DNA from: Williopsis jadinii
Taxonomy: Eukaryota
DNA length: 64,000 bases
Direction of reading: 5' to 3'
Assembly: GCA_024346625.1 (NCBI GenBank)
Contig: AP024665.1
Span: 2,108,001 to 2,172,000 of the forward strand
In this document: positions 24,316-36,331 of the stretch, one piece after another
Layout: every line of letters begins with the position of its first letter
Position numbering within the stretch: the first letter of the stretch is position 1
Translations under genes and position numbers: made by a program
The notes under the pieces: model-generated
Seen by the model: the letters and a program-made list of their open reading frames with translations, nothing else
What the model was told of the DNA's origin: nothing
Database searches by the model: none

Positions 24316-25704
24316 TTACACTTCTAATATCCTTTGCTTTATGATATCTATAGCTGCCAAGGAGTCCTCCTCAGAACTGTGTTCTCCAGTTTGGATTATT
24401 CTGTTCAGGAATCTGAATGCGAGTTCCTTCAAGGCGTACTTCTTCGACATGCCCTTGGGATACAAGATAGCAGTATCAACAATGTTGTGGTGCACCAGCC
24501 TCATAGTGTTCAGGTCGTTCTCCAATCCGTGTCCGACGATGATTGTATTTGAGTCGATAATGGTATTCATTACCAAGTCCATTGTTTCGTTTAAATCCAT
24601 TGCATCCTCCGGGATGGAACTGACACCACTCCAGTTTGTATTTAAGTCTAATATCTGTCCAAATGGTTTGGTGATCTCATCGAATATGACACTTCTCGTG
24701 TAGAAGTCCATGATTGTCAATCTAATCATCTCCATACCCTTTGAAGTATAGCCCATTTCACAGTCCAATCCGACAATCCTTTGCCTATCAACTGATGCTG
24801 GCTGACATTCTCTAAACGGTATTAACTGCTGCATCTCATCACCTGTCTTTGCCTTGAACACATGATGATCACTATGTTTACAGCCTTGTGATTGTCCCAC
24901 AACCTCAGAACAGCATTCCCAATATCTATCGTTATTTTCTATTCTTTTCTTTCTCTCGTGGAATGTACAATTGATAACGTCCGTGATCCTTGAGAATTCA
25001 AACTCTTCCCCACATCTATCACACTTTTTCCATTGTGACTGAGCAGTCGACTCATCAGTGAGTATTGGTACCTCTGTAACATAACCCTCTCTTTCCAGTT
25101 TCTCCCTCGAATGAACCAAAGACTTCACTGCTTTGTAGATCTCGTCATCTGACATCTGTTTGAGAACCCTTTGGGGTCTTTGCTCCACTGAGGATTCACC
25201 TCTTTGCACTCTTCTGATCAAAGACTTCATGGAATTGTTATATGTTGCTGGTGTTTTATCCTTTGCAATGTTGAACTCATCGCTGACTGCCTGTCTCTTC
25301 GGTGTCTTATGGTTGAGCTTTTGGTATATCTGTACAAGCATAGTGACATATTTCATTCTCTGTTGTAGAGTGGCAGGTGCACCTACACCGGGTAGACCCT
25401 TGGGAACTGCATTCACGAGATCCTTGGTCTCATCATGTCCTTCTAAAACGGCATTCAAGACCTGAGAATGGGTTGTCGGAGAAACATTACGCTCTGAAGA
25501 CCCAGAATTTGCAGATCCAATGGCTGGTAGCTTCTCAGAGGAGGTCTTTGGTCTCTTCACAAGTTCCTCTTGTGCCCCATCTGATGTCCCACACGTTGCG
25601 ATGGGCCTCTTCAACGAGTGGTTGAAGACGCAAAAGGGAAGCTTACAACTGCCTGATCGAGGACATGGTCTTTTGGCAAAATATGTTGACGATGACTTGA
25701 ACAT
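24316..25704 (-). CDS. REX3: RNA exonuclease 3 (DEDDh family)
   Basis: N-terminal CCCH (C..SGSCKLPFCVFNH); LDCEMGYT, VGHGLENDL, HSSEEDS. Start at MFKS inferred; in-frame ATGs at 25716 and 25722 are alternatives. Confidence 0.92.
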   Translation of the reverse strand: MFKSSSTYFAKRPCPRSGSCKLPFCVFNHSLKRPIATCGTSDGAQEELVKRPKTSSEKLPAIGSANSGSSERNVSPTTHSQVLNAVLEGHDETKDLVNAVPKGLPGVGAPATLQQRMKYVTMLVQIYQKLNHKTPKRQAVSDEFNIAKDKTPATYNNSMKSLIRRVQRGESSVEQRPQRVLKQMSDDEIYKAVKSLVHSREKLEREGYVTEVPILTDESTAQSQWKKCDRCGEEFEFSRITDVINCTFHERKKRIENNDRYWECCSEVVGQSQGCKHSDHHVFKAKTGDEMQQLIPFRECQPASVDRQRIVGLDCEMGYTSKGMEMIRLTIMDFYTRSVIFDEITKPFGQILDLNTNWSGVSSIPEDAMDLNETMDLVMNTIIDSNTIIVGHGLENDLNTMRLVHHNIVDTAILYPKGMSKKYALKELAFRFLNRIIQTGEHSSEEDSLAAIDIIKQRILEV

Positions 25705-25911
25705 CCTACTCAACATCAGCATGGGAGCAATCAATAACGAGGAGAGAGTGTTCTATACAACTAACGGTAAAACACGAAGTTGTGCAATGGCCGATGAAGG
25801 GCTCCACTTCCTGCTACTAACATCCAGACACCACACTCTACTTTATACGCGCTACTTCCATCAACACATGTGTAGTATATTTCATACGGTGTGTACATCT
25901 ATTTCATTCAA

Positions 25912-26478
25912 TCATTGGAGCTTGCTCAATGCTTCGGAGGTTGTCACCAAGTCAGCATAACCAAATGCCAAAGTCGCAAAGATTGCTGTATTAACCTGGT
26001 CGTACGTAACGGTTTTACCATCGTACTCCCAGTCCTTGGTTGTCACGGCATCTGTTAACAGTTCAACTTTATAGCCAAGCTCACTGGCAGCTCTGACTGT
26101 GCCTTGAACACAGATGTTCGTCATAGCACCTGAAACATATAGCTCCTTGATACCGTTAGTGGTCAACAACTCCTGCAATGGAGTGCCGATGAACGAGTTT
26201 GGCTGGTGCTTTGTAATCACCGTCTCACCAGCCAATGGCTTGACAACGTCGTGGATCTGCGAGCCTTCAGTGCCCTCCTCAAAGAACGGCGCAGGCTCGG
26301 AAGGTGCAAAGACATGGCGGACATGGATTACCAACAACTCCTCAGGCTTGGTTCTTGCAAATTGCAAGAACTTTGCGGCATTGGAGGAGGCATGCTCGAT
26401 GTTCTTCAGCTCGAACTTCCCTCCAGGGAAGTAGTCGTTCTGTAAATCGATGATGATGTAAGCCTTTGTAGGAGCCAT
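25912..26478 (-). CDS. Isochorismatase-like cysteine hydrolase
   Basis: IIDLQNDYF (catalytic Asp), ITKHQPNSF (Lys), GAMTNICV (Cys). Confidence 0.9.
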   Translation of the reverse strand: MAPTKAYIIIDLQNDYFPGGKFELKNIEHASSNAAKFLQFARTKPEELLVIHVRHVFAPSEPAPFFEEGTEGSQIHDVVKPLAGETVITKHQPNSFIGTPLQELLTTNGIKELYVSGAMTNICVQGTVRAASELGYKVELLTDAVTTKDWEYDGKTVTYDQVNTAIFATLAFGYADLVTTSEALSKLQ

Positions 26479-26885
26479 AATTCCAGTGATTGATCAAACT
26501 ACACTACAACGGGAAAACAACGAGCAAAAATCCTGGGGGCCTTGTTTAACCCCTTATATATGCCAATATACATAACTTTAGTCTCCGCTAGCTAGTCACC
26601 CAAATTAGTAAGCCAATCGACCCAGGTGAGCAGCTTAAACCGGTATCCGAGTAGCACAGTCATCTCTCTTGAATAGTGTGGAGCGTGTTACCCGGACTGG
26701 TTAGGGAGCGGAGAGCAGCCGCCAGTCCCATTACATAATCAATACACCCAGACACCTAATAACCCGGACACCACTCAGAGGCGATGAACAAAGTGAAAAT
26801 TGGCCATCGACAACCGTCAACAAACAAATAATCAAAACAAACAAGGCGATAGAGTCGGTGTATCATTCAAGCGAGCTGGACGAAA

Positions 26886-28526
26886 ATGGTGAGTACTTTG
26901 GTGTTGATTGGAGTGCTGAGATGTACTAACGAGTGAGGAATCAAAACACAGAGCGTTAACATCTATGGAGATCAAGTAACCGAGGAGCGTGCTGAGAATG
27001 CCCGTCTCTCTTCGTTTGTTGGTGCGATTGCCGTTGGTGATTTGGTGAAGTCAACGCTGGGTCCGAAGGGTATGGACAAGCTGCTACAATCTGCCTCTAC
27101 TAGCGAGTCCATCGTCACAAACGACGGTGCAACGATCTTGAAATCGATTCCGCTGGATAACCCTGCTGCCAAGGTTCTTGTGAATATCTCAAAGGTTCAA
27201 GACGACGAAGTTGGTGATGGTACAACTTCCGTCACTGTTTTGTCTGCTGAGCTGCTCAGGGAGGCTGAGAAGCTGGTTGATCAAAGAATTCATCCACAGA
27301 CCATTATTGAAGGTTATAGATTGGCATCCCAAGCTGCTCTGACAGCTTTGGAGAAAGCTGCCGTGGATCACTCAAACGATTCGCAACAGTTTTATGAAGA
27401 TTTGATCAGTATCGCAAAGACTACCTTGTCCTCAAAGATTCTATCCCAGGACAAGGATCAGTTCTCTAAATTGGCAGTTGATGCAATTCTTCGTCTTAAG
27501 GGATCTACCAACTTGGAGCACATTCAGATAATAAAGAAGATTGGTGGTAAATTGTCAGATTCATTCTTGGATGAGGGCTTCATTCTCAACAAGAGATTCG
27601 GAAACTCACAACCGAAGAGGGTGGAAAATGCAAAGATTTTGATTGCAAACACATCTTTGGATACAGACAAAGTAAAGATCTTTGGTGCGAAGTTCAAAGT
27701 CGATTCCACGTCTAAATTGGCAGAGTTGGAAAAGGCTGAAAGGGAAAAGATGAAAGCCAAGGTTAACAAAATCTCAAAGTTTGGTATCAACTGTTTTATT
27801 AATAGACAGCTGATTTATGATTACCCAGAACAATTGTTTACAGATGCTGGTATTAACTCTATTGAGCATGCTGATTTCGAAGGTGTTGAAAGATTGGCAC
27901 TCGTCACCGGAGGTGAAGTGGCCTCTACTTTTGATAACCCTGAATTGGTCAAATTGGGAACCTGCAAGTCTATCGAAGAAATCATCATTGGTGAAGATGT
28001 CATGATCAAATTCTCCGGTTGTGCTGCTGGTGAAGCTTGCACCATTGTATTGAGAGGTGCTACAGAGCAGGTCCTGGATGAAGCTGAACGTTCGTTACAC
28101 GATGCTCTTTCCGTCCTGTCTCAAACTACAAAGGAGACGAGAACTGTACTCGGTGCGGGTTGTTCAGAGATGGTTATGTCAAAGGCTGTGGACACTGTCG
28201 CACAAAACGTTGAAGGTAAGAAGGCATTGGCCGTTGAAGCCTTTGCAAGAGCACTGAGACAACTCCCAACTATCCTTGCTGATAATGCTGGTTTCGATTC
28301 GAGTGATTTGGTCACTAAGCTGAGATCTGCTATCTATAATGGAATGACTACATCTGGTTTGGATTTGAACAATGGTGTTATTACAGATGTTAGGGAACTG
28401 GGAATTGTCGAATCGTACAAGCTTAAGAGAGCTGTTGTGAGTTCTGCTTCAGAAGCTGCTGAGGTATTGCTGAGAGTGGATAACATCATTCGTGCTAAAC
28501 CAAGAACTGCTAACAGAGCGCATTAG
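26886..28526 (+). CDS. CCT2: Chaperonin CCT beta subunit; exon 1 is ATG only (26886-26888), exon 2 26952-28526
   Basis: Intron GTGAGT...TACTAAC...CAG gives [52 protein letters not shown]. Confidence 0.97.
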
Positions 28527-28632
28527 GGTCATTTAATACACTGGTAATTATAAAGACAAAAAGCGATCATAAAAAATGCATTAGGGAGTAGTTCTATAAA
28601 AGAGTGTCTCATAAAAGGATGTAGCGAGTAGT

Positions 28633-31600
28633 TCACGGGTTAATGCTTTTACCAGCATCATGAAGTGCACTTCTTAACACTTCTGGTAATATCGGTTTGG
28701 ATATGAAGTTGGACATTCCACAAGACAAGCAACGATTTCTATCTTCTCTTTCAACATTTGCAGTAAGTGCAATGATAATGGGCATAAGACCATTAGATCC
28801 ATACAACTCTTTCAGTTCTCTTGAGGTCTGAATACCATCCTTCAATGGCATCTGGATGTCCATAAGAATCACATCGTAATTGGAGCCTGTTTTTTCGATC
28901 ATGGCAGCACATCTCTCAAGAGCTTGAACACCATGAATTGCAGAATCTGCAGTGTAACCGAGCTTTTTCAAGTGTTGGAGTGCAACTTTGGTGTTGATCA
29001 TATTATCCTCAACAAGTAGAATATTTAATGGCATGACATCGGCAAGTGGGATATTCTTTACAGCCACTGGTTGCTCATTGTTAATTTTCTTTTCAGTATT
29101 GGCAGCGTCGAATATAACAGAGAGCTTAGATTCCAAGAATGGCAAGAGTAATATTGGATGATCCTTGTCTAAAGAACCGAACTTGGTACCGTAGTTCCCC
29201 ATAATAACCAGTCTCTGTGGTTTTACTGATTTGAGGCCAATCAGGTCAAGGAAGTCTGTCTTGATAAAGATCAGATAATATTTATCCAAGGAAGCAAGAT
29301 CTGTTGAATCAGTTGAGACAGTTACATCACTTTTGTAAGAGTTCTCAAGATGTTCCTTCAAAGACTCTATGCTGTATGAATGTCTATCAACAATTAGAAT
29401 CTTCTGGCCTATAGTTTTCAACTCTTTTCTCTTGGACTCTGCGACAGAGAAGGTCAATCTTACAAAGAAAGTTGTACCAGAGCCTTCTTCACTTTCAAAG
29501 GTGATTTCACCACCCATCAATTCCACTAGTTTCTTTGAAATGGCCAATCCAAGACCTGAGCCACCATACACTCTTCTGGAAGACCCGTCAACCTGGCTGA
29601 AGGCACCAAAGACCTTTGAATGTGAATTTTCTGGGATGCCAATACCGGAGTCTTTGATACTTATGACAAATTCATATAAGCCTTCCTTAGTGAGCTTGTT
29701 TGCTGTGCTGCGTATAACGATAGATCCGGATAAAGTAAACTTGACAGCGTTACCTAAGAGGTTAATAATGATTTGTTTGAGTCTGGTGACATCTCCCTTA
29801 ATCGTATCAGCTTCTTCGCACTTGTTAAAATATGCAAGCTCAAGGTTCTTTGCAGATGCCTGCTCTGCAATAAGTTGCATTGAGCTCTCGATACATTCAT
29901 TCAAAGAGAAGTACTCATTATCCAATGTAATAGCCCCATGTTCGATCTTGGAAAATGTCAGAATGGCATCAATAATGTTCAAAGTAACCTTTGAAGAGGA
30001 GACAATTGTATCAACATATTCCTTCTGGACAGAATTCAGCGGTGTATCAAGCAAGAAACCTGCACATGCAAACAGAGAGTTGAATGGAGTTCTAATCTCG
30101 TGAGACATGTTTGCCAAAAAGGCTGCCTTTTCTTCGGTTGCTTCTTCAGCCGCTTTCTTTGCTAGCATGGTCCTGTAATAGAGCCTCGACTTGTCTAGAG
30201 CAAAAGCTGCCTGCGTACACAGCATCTCTGCAATGACAACCTTATCATTCGTGAAGAGTTTGGGAATACTGACATTCTCTAGGTATAGAGCACCAAGTAC
30301 TTCAACTTCGTTCTTGATAGGAAGACAGATCAAAGATTGAGGAGCAGTTTTACTGAAATATATATCAGTTTTCATGACATTTTTAAGATTCGGTTTCATC
30401 TGTTCGTAGTTTTCCAACGTTGTTCCTGTTTCGATACATTCTTTCATCAGGTTTCTTGGTAAAACCAACCTCGATGACTCTTCTGCATCAATATGATTAA
30501 AAAAAGAAGATCCTCCAACAGCAGTGATGTCAATTCTTCCAGAGTCGTCATCTTTGAGTGCAACAACAGCATAATCAGCATGGAGAATTGAGAGATTCTC
30601 AGTGACGAGATTTTCAATAATTGAATCAGTATTCATGCTTTCTGAAATCGCCAAACTTGCCTCAATTGCACGCAAAGCATCAGAGTTACCAGTGACAGGA
30701 CTTTGGACACCATCAGTCAAGTATTCTTCTTTCACAAGGACAGAAGAGAGAAGTTGGTTGATCGGGGACAAGCTGCCACTTTCGCTTTGACGAGTTGAGC
30801 TCTTTCGAGATTGAAGTTGAAAGTTTTCAAAACAGTCTGAGTAGCTTGATTTCAGAATAGCAGCCTGCATCTTATAACCAGCTTCCTGATACTGTCTAAA
30901 GGCTTGTTGAAAGTGATTTGCTGCTCTCTTTTTGGACTGAGGACCTTGATATAACCATTTGCCTATTCTCTCATTAATCCGAGCCGTTTCAACTATAGAT
31001 CCAGCTGAAACAGCAGAGGATGTTTCAGAGGAGTCAAGAGCATCTTGATATGCATCTAAAATCTCTAAATCTGACACACTTTCAAGCTTCAACATTTCGG
31101 CTTCATAAGTCTTATACTTTGGGGTAAAGATTTCAGGTGAAAAGACCTTTGCCTCTTTGAGAACATTCATAGTTTCCTCCAAAAGTTCTCTTTTCTGTAA
31201 TACAGACAACTCCTTACCATCGAGTTTCTTGTATATGAACTTTGAAGCCTCACCAACTGTCCACATGTTAAAAGGAATCCAACCGGCCAGTTTATTCAGC
31301 TCATCGACGTAAAGCTTCTCGTTCCAAGTCTTTGGTTGTGACTTGTTCACGTAGCTCTTGTACATGAAGTAGAAACACTTGAAATGGAAACTTTGTTCAT
31401 CGAGACAAAACGTTTCGTCTTTATCCACATCAAACTTTTCATCATATGGCATATTCAGAATCAGTCTTAATAGGGCAACAATACTGTTATACCAGTAACG
31501 GTTGACGTCAATTTCAAGATCAAGCTTTCGAGTGGAATGGACCAGATTGTTATAAGCAATCTGAACGTTCTGTCCTTTTACTATAGAAAACCACGGCTCA

Positions 31601-34600
31601 AGTGCTGTTTTCATGATAAAGCCGATAGAGAAGCTCGAACGAAACTCAGTAAAGGCGTCGGAATAAAACTCATAGAACTTGACAAGATCCTTCAATGGCT
31701 CCAAATAACATCCTATTGAAAAGGCATAAATGAAGAATACCCTGTTGCAGAACTCAAATGAGACCCATTTGGTCTTGAGCAACTTCAATGCCAGTTGTGA
31801 AAGCTCCTTAGCAAATAGGAGAGAGTTTGTAATCTCATCCATGGCTATTAGAATAAGTCCTATAGAACTGAATCCGGAAAAGCCATGCTTAATGGAGTGT
31901 TCAATAAGATGATGAGCTGCTAGAAGAGAGAAGTAATAATCACCAAAGTGTACAGCCAAAAAAACCAACTCAGCTAGAATCTCTTGAAGAACTCTTGAGC
32001 GTTTACTCGTGTTTCCACTTGCCGTAAGCATCATATCGAATGCCTCGACAGTCTTCGGATTCTTCAGCTTCATATCTTTCAATTGGACTTGCACTGATTT
32101 AGGATCATTATCAAGATGGACACCATGTTTCTCAAGGCAGTTGATGGCCAGTTTGAAGCCTTCACTTCTTCTTCCGACAACAGCCAAGGCTTGTACAGTC
32201 ACAAGAACAATACGTGGATCATCAATACGGGTTAAATTATGCGACTCTATGAAGTCAATTGCACCCTGGTGATCGGATGATGCAATCATACACTTCAATA
32301 TCTCAAGATATATCGAGGGAAGACGTTCTTGATGCATTCCACGACCCTTTAAAATGAATTTTGACACGTAAAGGAATCTCAGGGCAGGATAGAAGTCATA
32401 GATCTTATAACTGAATTTCTGGGCCTTGGCCATAATGAGAAGGTAAATTTCAGCTCCTTCATCATTGGAGATTTTCTCATAAGACTTTGCAAAGTGGCTG
32501 GCAATAACAAGACAGTAGTGTTGATTGATTTCACCATCAACATTTCTGTATTCGTAGAATCTTAGTCCAATGGTTTTTTGATATTCCTGTGTTTGATCCT
32601 TTGTCATGTACACAGTGGTCATATATGTATACAACGAGTCGTGACGCAGCGTGAAGAGAGCTAATGAAGCAATATCATTAATATCAGCCTGGCAAAGACC
32701 ACTGGGACGCTGGTCTTCTGTAAGATGGAATGGGAACTTGTAAAAGATATTCATCGGATAGATGAGTCGATATTCAACAGCCTTGGCTAAGAAGGCACCA
32801 ACCTCTATAATACTCCGACCCGAAGCCACAGAGAGATCTAGAAGAGAGAAGGCGATGTTATCGTGAATACACACTGCGAACTTCAACATCTCAATTTCTT
32901 CTTCGTCTAAGAAAAGCTCTAGTCTGCGAGCATACAAGTCGAAGAGTGTCGATGGTAGCTCTGCGAACTTGGCAAATTCAAGATCCCAATCAAATCCTTC
33001 CTTCTTGTAGTCAAATAGACCTTCGAATTTCGTTTCTTCAACAAGCAATGTAACCCTGAGAGCGTTATGGTCAACCTTTTCAAACATAGCATGGGCCAGT
33101 CTAGTGATCTCCATTTTCGTATTGGAATCCTTGTTGGAACGCTCATGTAGAATGGGCTCAGTTCTAACTGCAAATATGTCCTCACAATACGTAAGGAAAG
33201 GTCCAAACCCAGTATCGACAATCTCGTATTCGATAAAATCACAGTTCAGCCTCTTTCTAAACTTCTCAAATGTTTCCTGGTAAGTGGTGTCAAAAGTTGC
33301 AAATATGAGAATGGTCGATTTCCATGACTCCTTCAATATTTCTGTACGAATGTCATTCAAAAGCTCCAGGTCAGGCATGGAGAACCATTGGAAATCGTCA
33401 AAGAAAATGGTTAGTGGGAAAGACTGGCCAAGGGCTATGAACAAGCTCTTAAGCATATGCCTGTAGCGTAGTTCAGGTCTTGTGACAGCTGGACGACCAT
33501 TCAGCTTCGTGTGTTGTGCAAGCATCAACTCGTAATTAGGACCCAAGATGTCCTTTAGTTCAGGAAGACTATCGAACAACGGAGTAAGATCTAATGAACC
33601 AACAACTTTAAGGATGGCATCACGAGCTTGGTGTATTTGCTTATCTGAACCAGAAATAATTTGATGAATAACATTGTTCAGGATAAATATGAAGGAAGCA
33701 AATCCAGTGGTCAAGGTATTACATTTCCAATGAGCAAAATAATGATTATTGGAAACAATCTTCGCTTGGACTTCACTGACGATTTTCGTCTTTCCCACAC
33801 CTGTGATTCCTTTCACCAATACGAGATGAACACCCTCTTCTACTGAATCGTACAGTGATTCCAGCTCTTGTAATTCTCTTTCACGACCGTATAGTGTCTT
33901 TGGTGAGGCTTCGAAGGTTGCATCATCTGCAATGAAACCTTTTGGTTCCAGACCGGGTTTCTCAGATCCAAGCTGTAAGACAGAGGTCAAATCCATAATG
34001 AGATGATCGCAGCTTTGATATCTCGCATAGGCATTCTTCTCCAATAACTTCATAATAATACTGCTCAAGAAAGGACTAAGACCAAATTCAGTTGGTGATC
34101 GTGGTTGAGATTTGATATGCTTATTGATCAGTTCACGGCTATCAGATGCGATGAAAGGAAGCGAACCACATAGTGTTTGATACAGGATCACACCAATGCT
34201 GTAAAAGTCTGCTCTAGTATCTGTGTATCTATTCACCTCACCACTCACTTCTGGCGCCATATAAGGTAGCCAGTCAATGACATATCTTTTGTTTAAAGTT
34301 CTGTAGCCCCTTGTCGTATCCTCTGTTGTGTATGAGAAGCAGAAATCCCAGCCTGTGATATAGACCTCATCGTTATCGTTGATGAGCAAATTCAAAGAGG
34401 TTAGTCCATTATGTGTGAATCTGTATGAATGAACGATTTTAAGTACCTTGAGGCACTTTATTATGCTTGTCAAGATCTTCTGCTCGTTTTTGACCATCCC
34501 CATCACAAATACTTCTTTGAAGGTCTTCAGGTTTAGAACGTCTTCATAGACAAGCGCAAAACCTCCGTAGTCATCAAGAGCAACCCAATCACATGGGTAG

Positions 34601-35127
34601 AGCACACCTTCGATGTCAGTGGGCAGCGTCCTTGGAGCCTTGGTACTATATGGCTCCGTGTTCAAGCCTGAAAGCGCATACCATTCGTTATAGAGCCTTG
34701 ATATTGAACCAGCCGATACGTACGATACGTATTTGACGATGACACTTCTCTTGGTTGTCTTGTTGAACCCTCTGTACATATCACTAGATATACTCGACAG
34801 CAATTTGTAACCGGGCAGTGTGTCCTTCAATGAGTCAGACAGCACGCTGTTCTGGTCTGAAAAGTTGAAGGACTCATACCAGTCGCTGTTTATCCTCTTC
34901 ACTCCATCAACCTTGCTCTTAGACTCCGCAGCAGTGGACAACAGGTAGTCAAAGAACCCTGTAGAGTTCGTCTCGCCTTCTGATGAGGTCGACTCTGCCA
35001 CCACGGTTCCTGAGCTAGAGGGGTGGGCCAGTGGTGACATCATTGCTTGCTCGAAGAATATCTCCTCCAGCTCATCTTTCGGGATCCTCAGCTGCTCCAG
35101 CTTGTTACCAACTGTTTCGACGTTCAT
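28633..35127 (-). CDS. CHK1: Hybrid histidine kinase of the Candida Chk1/Hk1 type (group X): S/T-kinase-like, AAA, GAF, HisKA, HATPase, receiver
   Basis: H-box FLANMSHEIRTP, N-box NLLGNAVKFT, G boxes DSGIG and GGSGLGL, receiver ILMDIQMP, Walker A GITGVGKT; first ATG at 35127. Confidence 0.9.
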   Translation of the reverse strand: MNVETVGNKLEQLRIPKDELEEIFFEQAMMSPLAHPSSSGTVVAESTSSEGETNSTGFFDYLLSTAAESKSKVDGVKRINSDWYESFNFSDQNSVLSDSLKDTLPGYKLLSSISSDMYRGFNKTTKRSVIVKYVSYVSAGSISRLYNEWYALSGLNTEPYSTKAPRTLPTDIEGVLYPCDWVALDDYGGFALVYEDVLNLKTFKEVFVMGMVKNEQKILTSIIKCLKVLKIVHSYRFTHNGLTSLNLLINDNDEVYITGWDFCFSYTTEDTTRGYRTLNKRYVIDWLPYMAPEVSGEVNRYTDTRADFYSIGVILYQTLCGSLPFIASDSRELINKHIKSQPRSPTEFGLSPFLSSIIMKLLEKNAYARYQSCDHLIMDLTSVLQLGSEKPGLEPKGFIADDATFEASPKTLYGRERELQELESLYDSVEEGVHLVLVKGITGVGKTKIVSEVQAKIVSNNHYFAHWKCNTLTTGFASFIFILNNVIHQIISGSDKQIHQARDAILKVVGSLDLTPLFDSLPELKDILGPNYELMLAQHTKLNGRPAVTRPELRYRHMLKSLFIALGQSFPLTIFFDDFQWFSMPDLELLNDIRTEILKESWKSTILIFATFDTTYQETFEKFRKRLNCDFIEYEIVDTGFGPFLTYCEDIFAVRTEPILHERSNKDSNTKMEITRLAHAMFEKVDHNALRVTLLVEETKFEGLFDYKKEGFDWDLEFAKFAELPSTLFDLYARRLELFLDEEEIEMLKFAVCIHDNIAFSLLDLSVASGRSIIEVGAFLAKAVEYRLIYPMNIFYKFPFHLTEDQRPSGLCQADINDIASLALFTLRHDSLYTYMTTVYMTKDQTQEYQKTIGLRFYEYRNVDGEINQHYCLVIASHFAKSYEKISNDEGAEIYLLIMAKAQKFSYKIYDFYPALRFLYVSKFILKGRGMHQERLPSIYLEILKCMIASSDHQGAIDFIESHNLTRIDDPRIVLVTVQALAVVGRRSEGFKLAINCLEKHGVHLDNDPKSVQVQLKDMKLKNPKTVEAFDMMLTASGNTSKRSRVLQEILAELVFLAVHFGDYYFSLLAAHHLIEHSIKHGFSGFSSIGLILIAMDEITNSLLFAKELSQLALKLLKTKWVSFEFCNRVFFIYAFSIGCYLEPLKDLVKFYEFYSDAFTEFRSSFSIGFIMKTALEPWFSIVKGQNVQIAYNNLVHSTRKLDLEIDVNRYWYNSIVALLRLILNMPYDEKFDVDKDETFCLDEQSFHFKCFYFMYKSYVNKSQPKTWNEKLYVDELNKLAGWIPFNMWTVGEASKFIYKKLDGKELSVLQKRELLEETMNVLKEAKVFSPEIFTPKYKTYEAEMLKLESVSDLEILDAYQDALDSSETSSAVSAGSIVETARINERIGKWLYQGPQSKKRAANHFQQAFRQYQEAGYKMQAAILKSSYSDCFENFQLQSRKSSTRQSESGSLSPINQLLSSVLVKEEYLTDGVQSPVTGNSDALRAIEASLAISESMNTDSIIENLVTENLSILHADYAVVALKDDDSGRIDITAVGGSSFFNHIDAEESSRLVLPRNLMKECIETGTTLENYEQMKPNLKNVMKTDIYFSKTAPQSLICLPIKNEVEVLGALYLENVSIPKLFTNDKVVIAEMLCTQAAFALDKSRLYYRTMLAKKAAEEATEEKAAFLANMSHEIRTPFNSLFACAGFLLDTPLNSVQKEYVDTIVSSSKVTLNIIDAILTFSKIEHGAITLDNEYFSLNECIESSMQLIAEQASAKNLELAYFNKCEEADTIKGDVTRLKQIIINLLGNAVKFTLSGSIVIRSTANKLTKEGLYEFVISIKDSGIGIPENSHSKVFGAFSQVDGSSRRVYGGSGLGLAISKKLVELMGGEITFESEEGSGTTFFVRLTFSVAESKRKELKTIGQKILIVDRHSYSIESLKEHLENSYKSDVTVSTDSTDLASLDKYYLIFIKTDFLDLIGLKSVKPQRLVIMGNYGTKFGSLDKDHPILLLPFLESKLSVIFDAANTEKKINNEQPVAVKNIPLADVMPLNILLVEDNMINTKVALQHLKKLGYTADSAIHGVQALERCAAMIEKTGSNYDVILMDIQMPLKDGIQTSRELKELYGSNGLMPIIIALTANVEREDRNRCLSCGMSNFISKPILPEVLRSALHDAGKSINP

Positions 35128-36331
35128 CGCCCCTTTGTGTGATAAGATGAGATACGGTTTAGCATTACTCGCAAACAAAAAAAAATTCTCTCTTCTAGAT
35201 AGCCCTTCTGTACACAGCACAGTCCCACATTCACCACTGCCGTATTCGCAATGGAAGTTGTCCCTGCCGAAAGAGCAATCTTGAGCTGATGAGGGAAAAG
35301 AAAAGTGTGAGTAGCACGCACACTCACGCAAGCACAAACCTTACGGTACAGATGCATTGTACGTTCATCATGTACGATGCCACACAGGGCTTTGTTCTCG
35401 TAGCGGCGAAGGTCGAAGCATCATCGAGACGATAAAGCGTATAGTCTTCACGCCGTGGTGTCATTCCTCAACAGCATGCACCAGTTATAGTTAATTGGCG
35501 GAGGGTGACGATAGTGTAGCATTGTCCACGTGACGCTTCGGCCTGCCGTGGTGCGGATGGCGCACTAGTCAAGGACAGAAGATAGCGACGACAGTACGAG
35601 TTTCCGTATCAGCAACGCGCCATTTCACCCTTCACGCATGCGCTATAACATTCCACGCATAAAGTCCACAGGGAACCTTTGAGCCTGGACCTTTCTTCTC
35701 CAAGGCCCTTGTGCGAGTTGTAGCAGAGCCTACGCTCACACACACACTCACGCTCGTGTATGCCCAATGGGGAAGAACAAAGCAGAGAAAGAGCAAACGA
35801 AAAGGCATCTAAAACTTAAACTTACAGCACAACATGCAAATTGGCCGGCTCAACAGTGTAAGTGACCCATCACTAGGTATATCTTTGCACATCACAAGCC
35901 ATTCACCGACACCTCAAGGCCCGTTCCTGGCTGTGTCGAGCAGTGGAGCGAGAGAGAGGGCTACGGCCAGGCAACGCTTCACGGTGGGACGGGTTGCCCT
36001 AGAAAAAGTAGACACCCGGACACCACACAAGCGGAAAATTTTTCTCTCTCTCTCGCCGCCTCTGTACGCGCAAACCGTTAAATTCAAACTCTTCCTCTTT
36101 GGCACTTTTCTCTTCCTTGGAGTTCTACACACTGTGAATTGGATTACGCTCTACAACAACCAGGGCTTCTTGGTTTTGACCAGATCATCACAGATGCACT
36201 CCTTACAGAGATAGGCCTGTTTCGCTTGCCATTGAAGGGCCGTATCCGATTTCGACCGAGAGATACACAGAGTAAGCATTATTCGCCAAAGGAGGTGGAA
36301 CGACTGGTGCAATGGTGAAGTGGGATTATTC

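Noticed and set aside
35128..35337. N-terminal extensions from TTG/GTG starts in the ORF track (also IMO32, GCD6, NUGM, LCL2)
   Set aside because: Eukaryotic genes; a downstream ATG gives the expected N-terminus.
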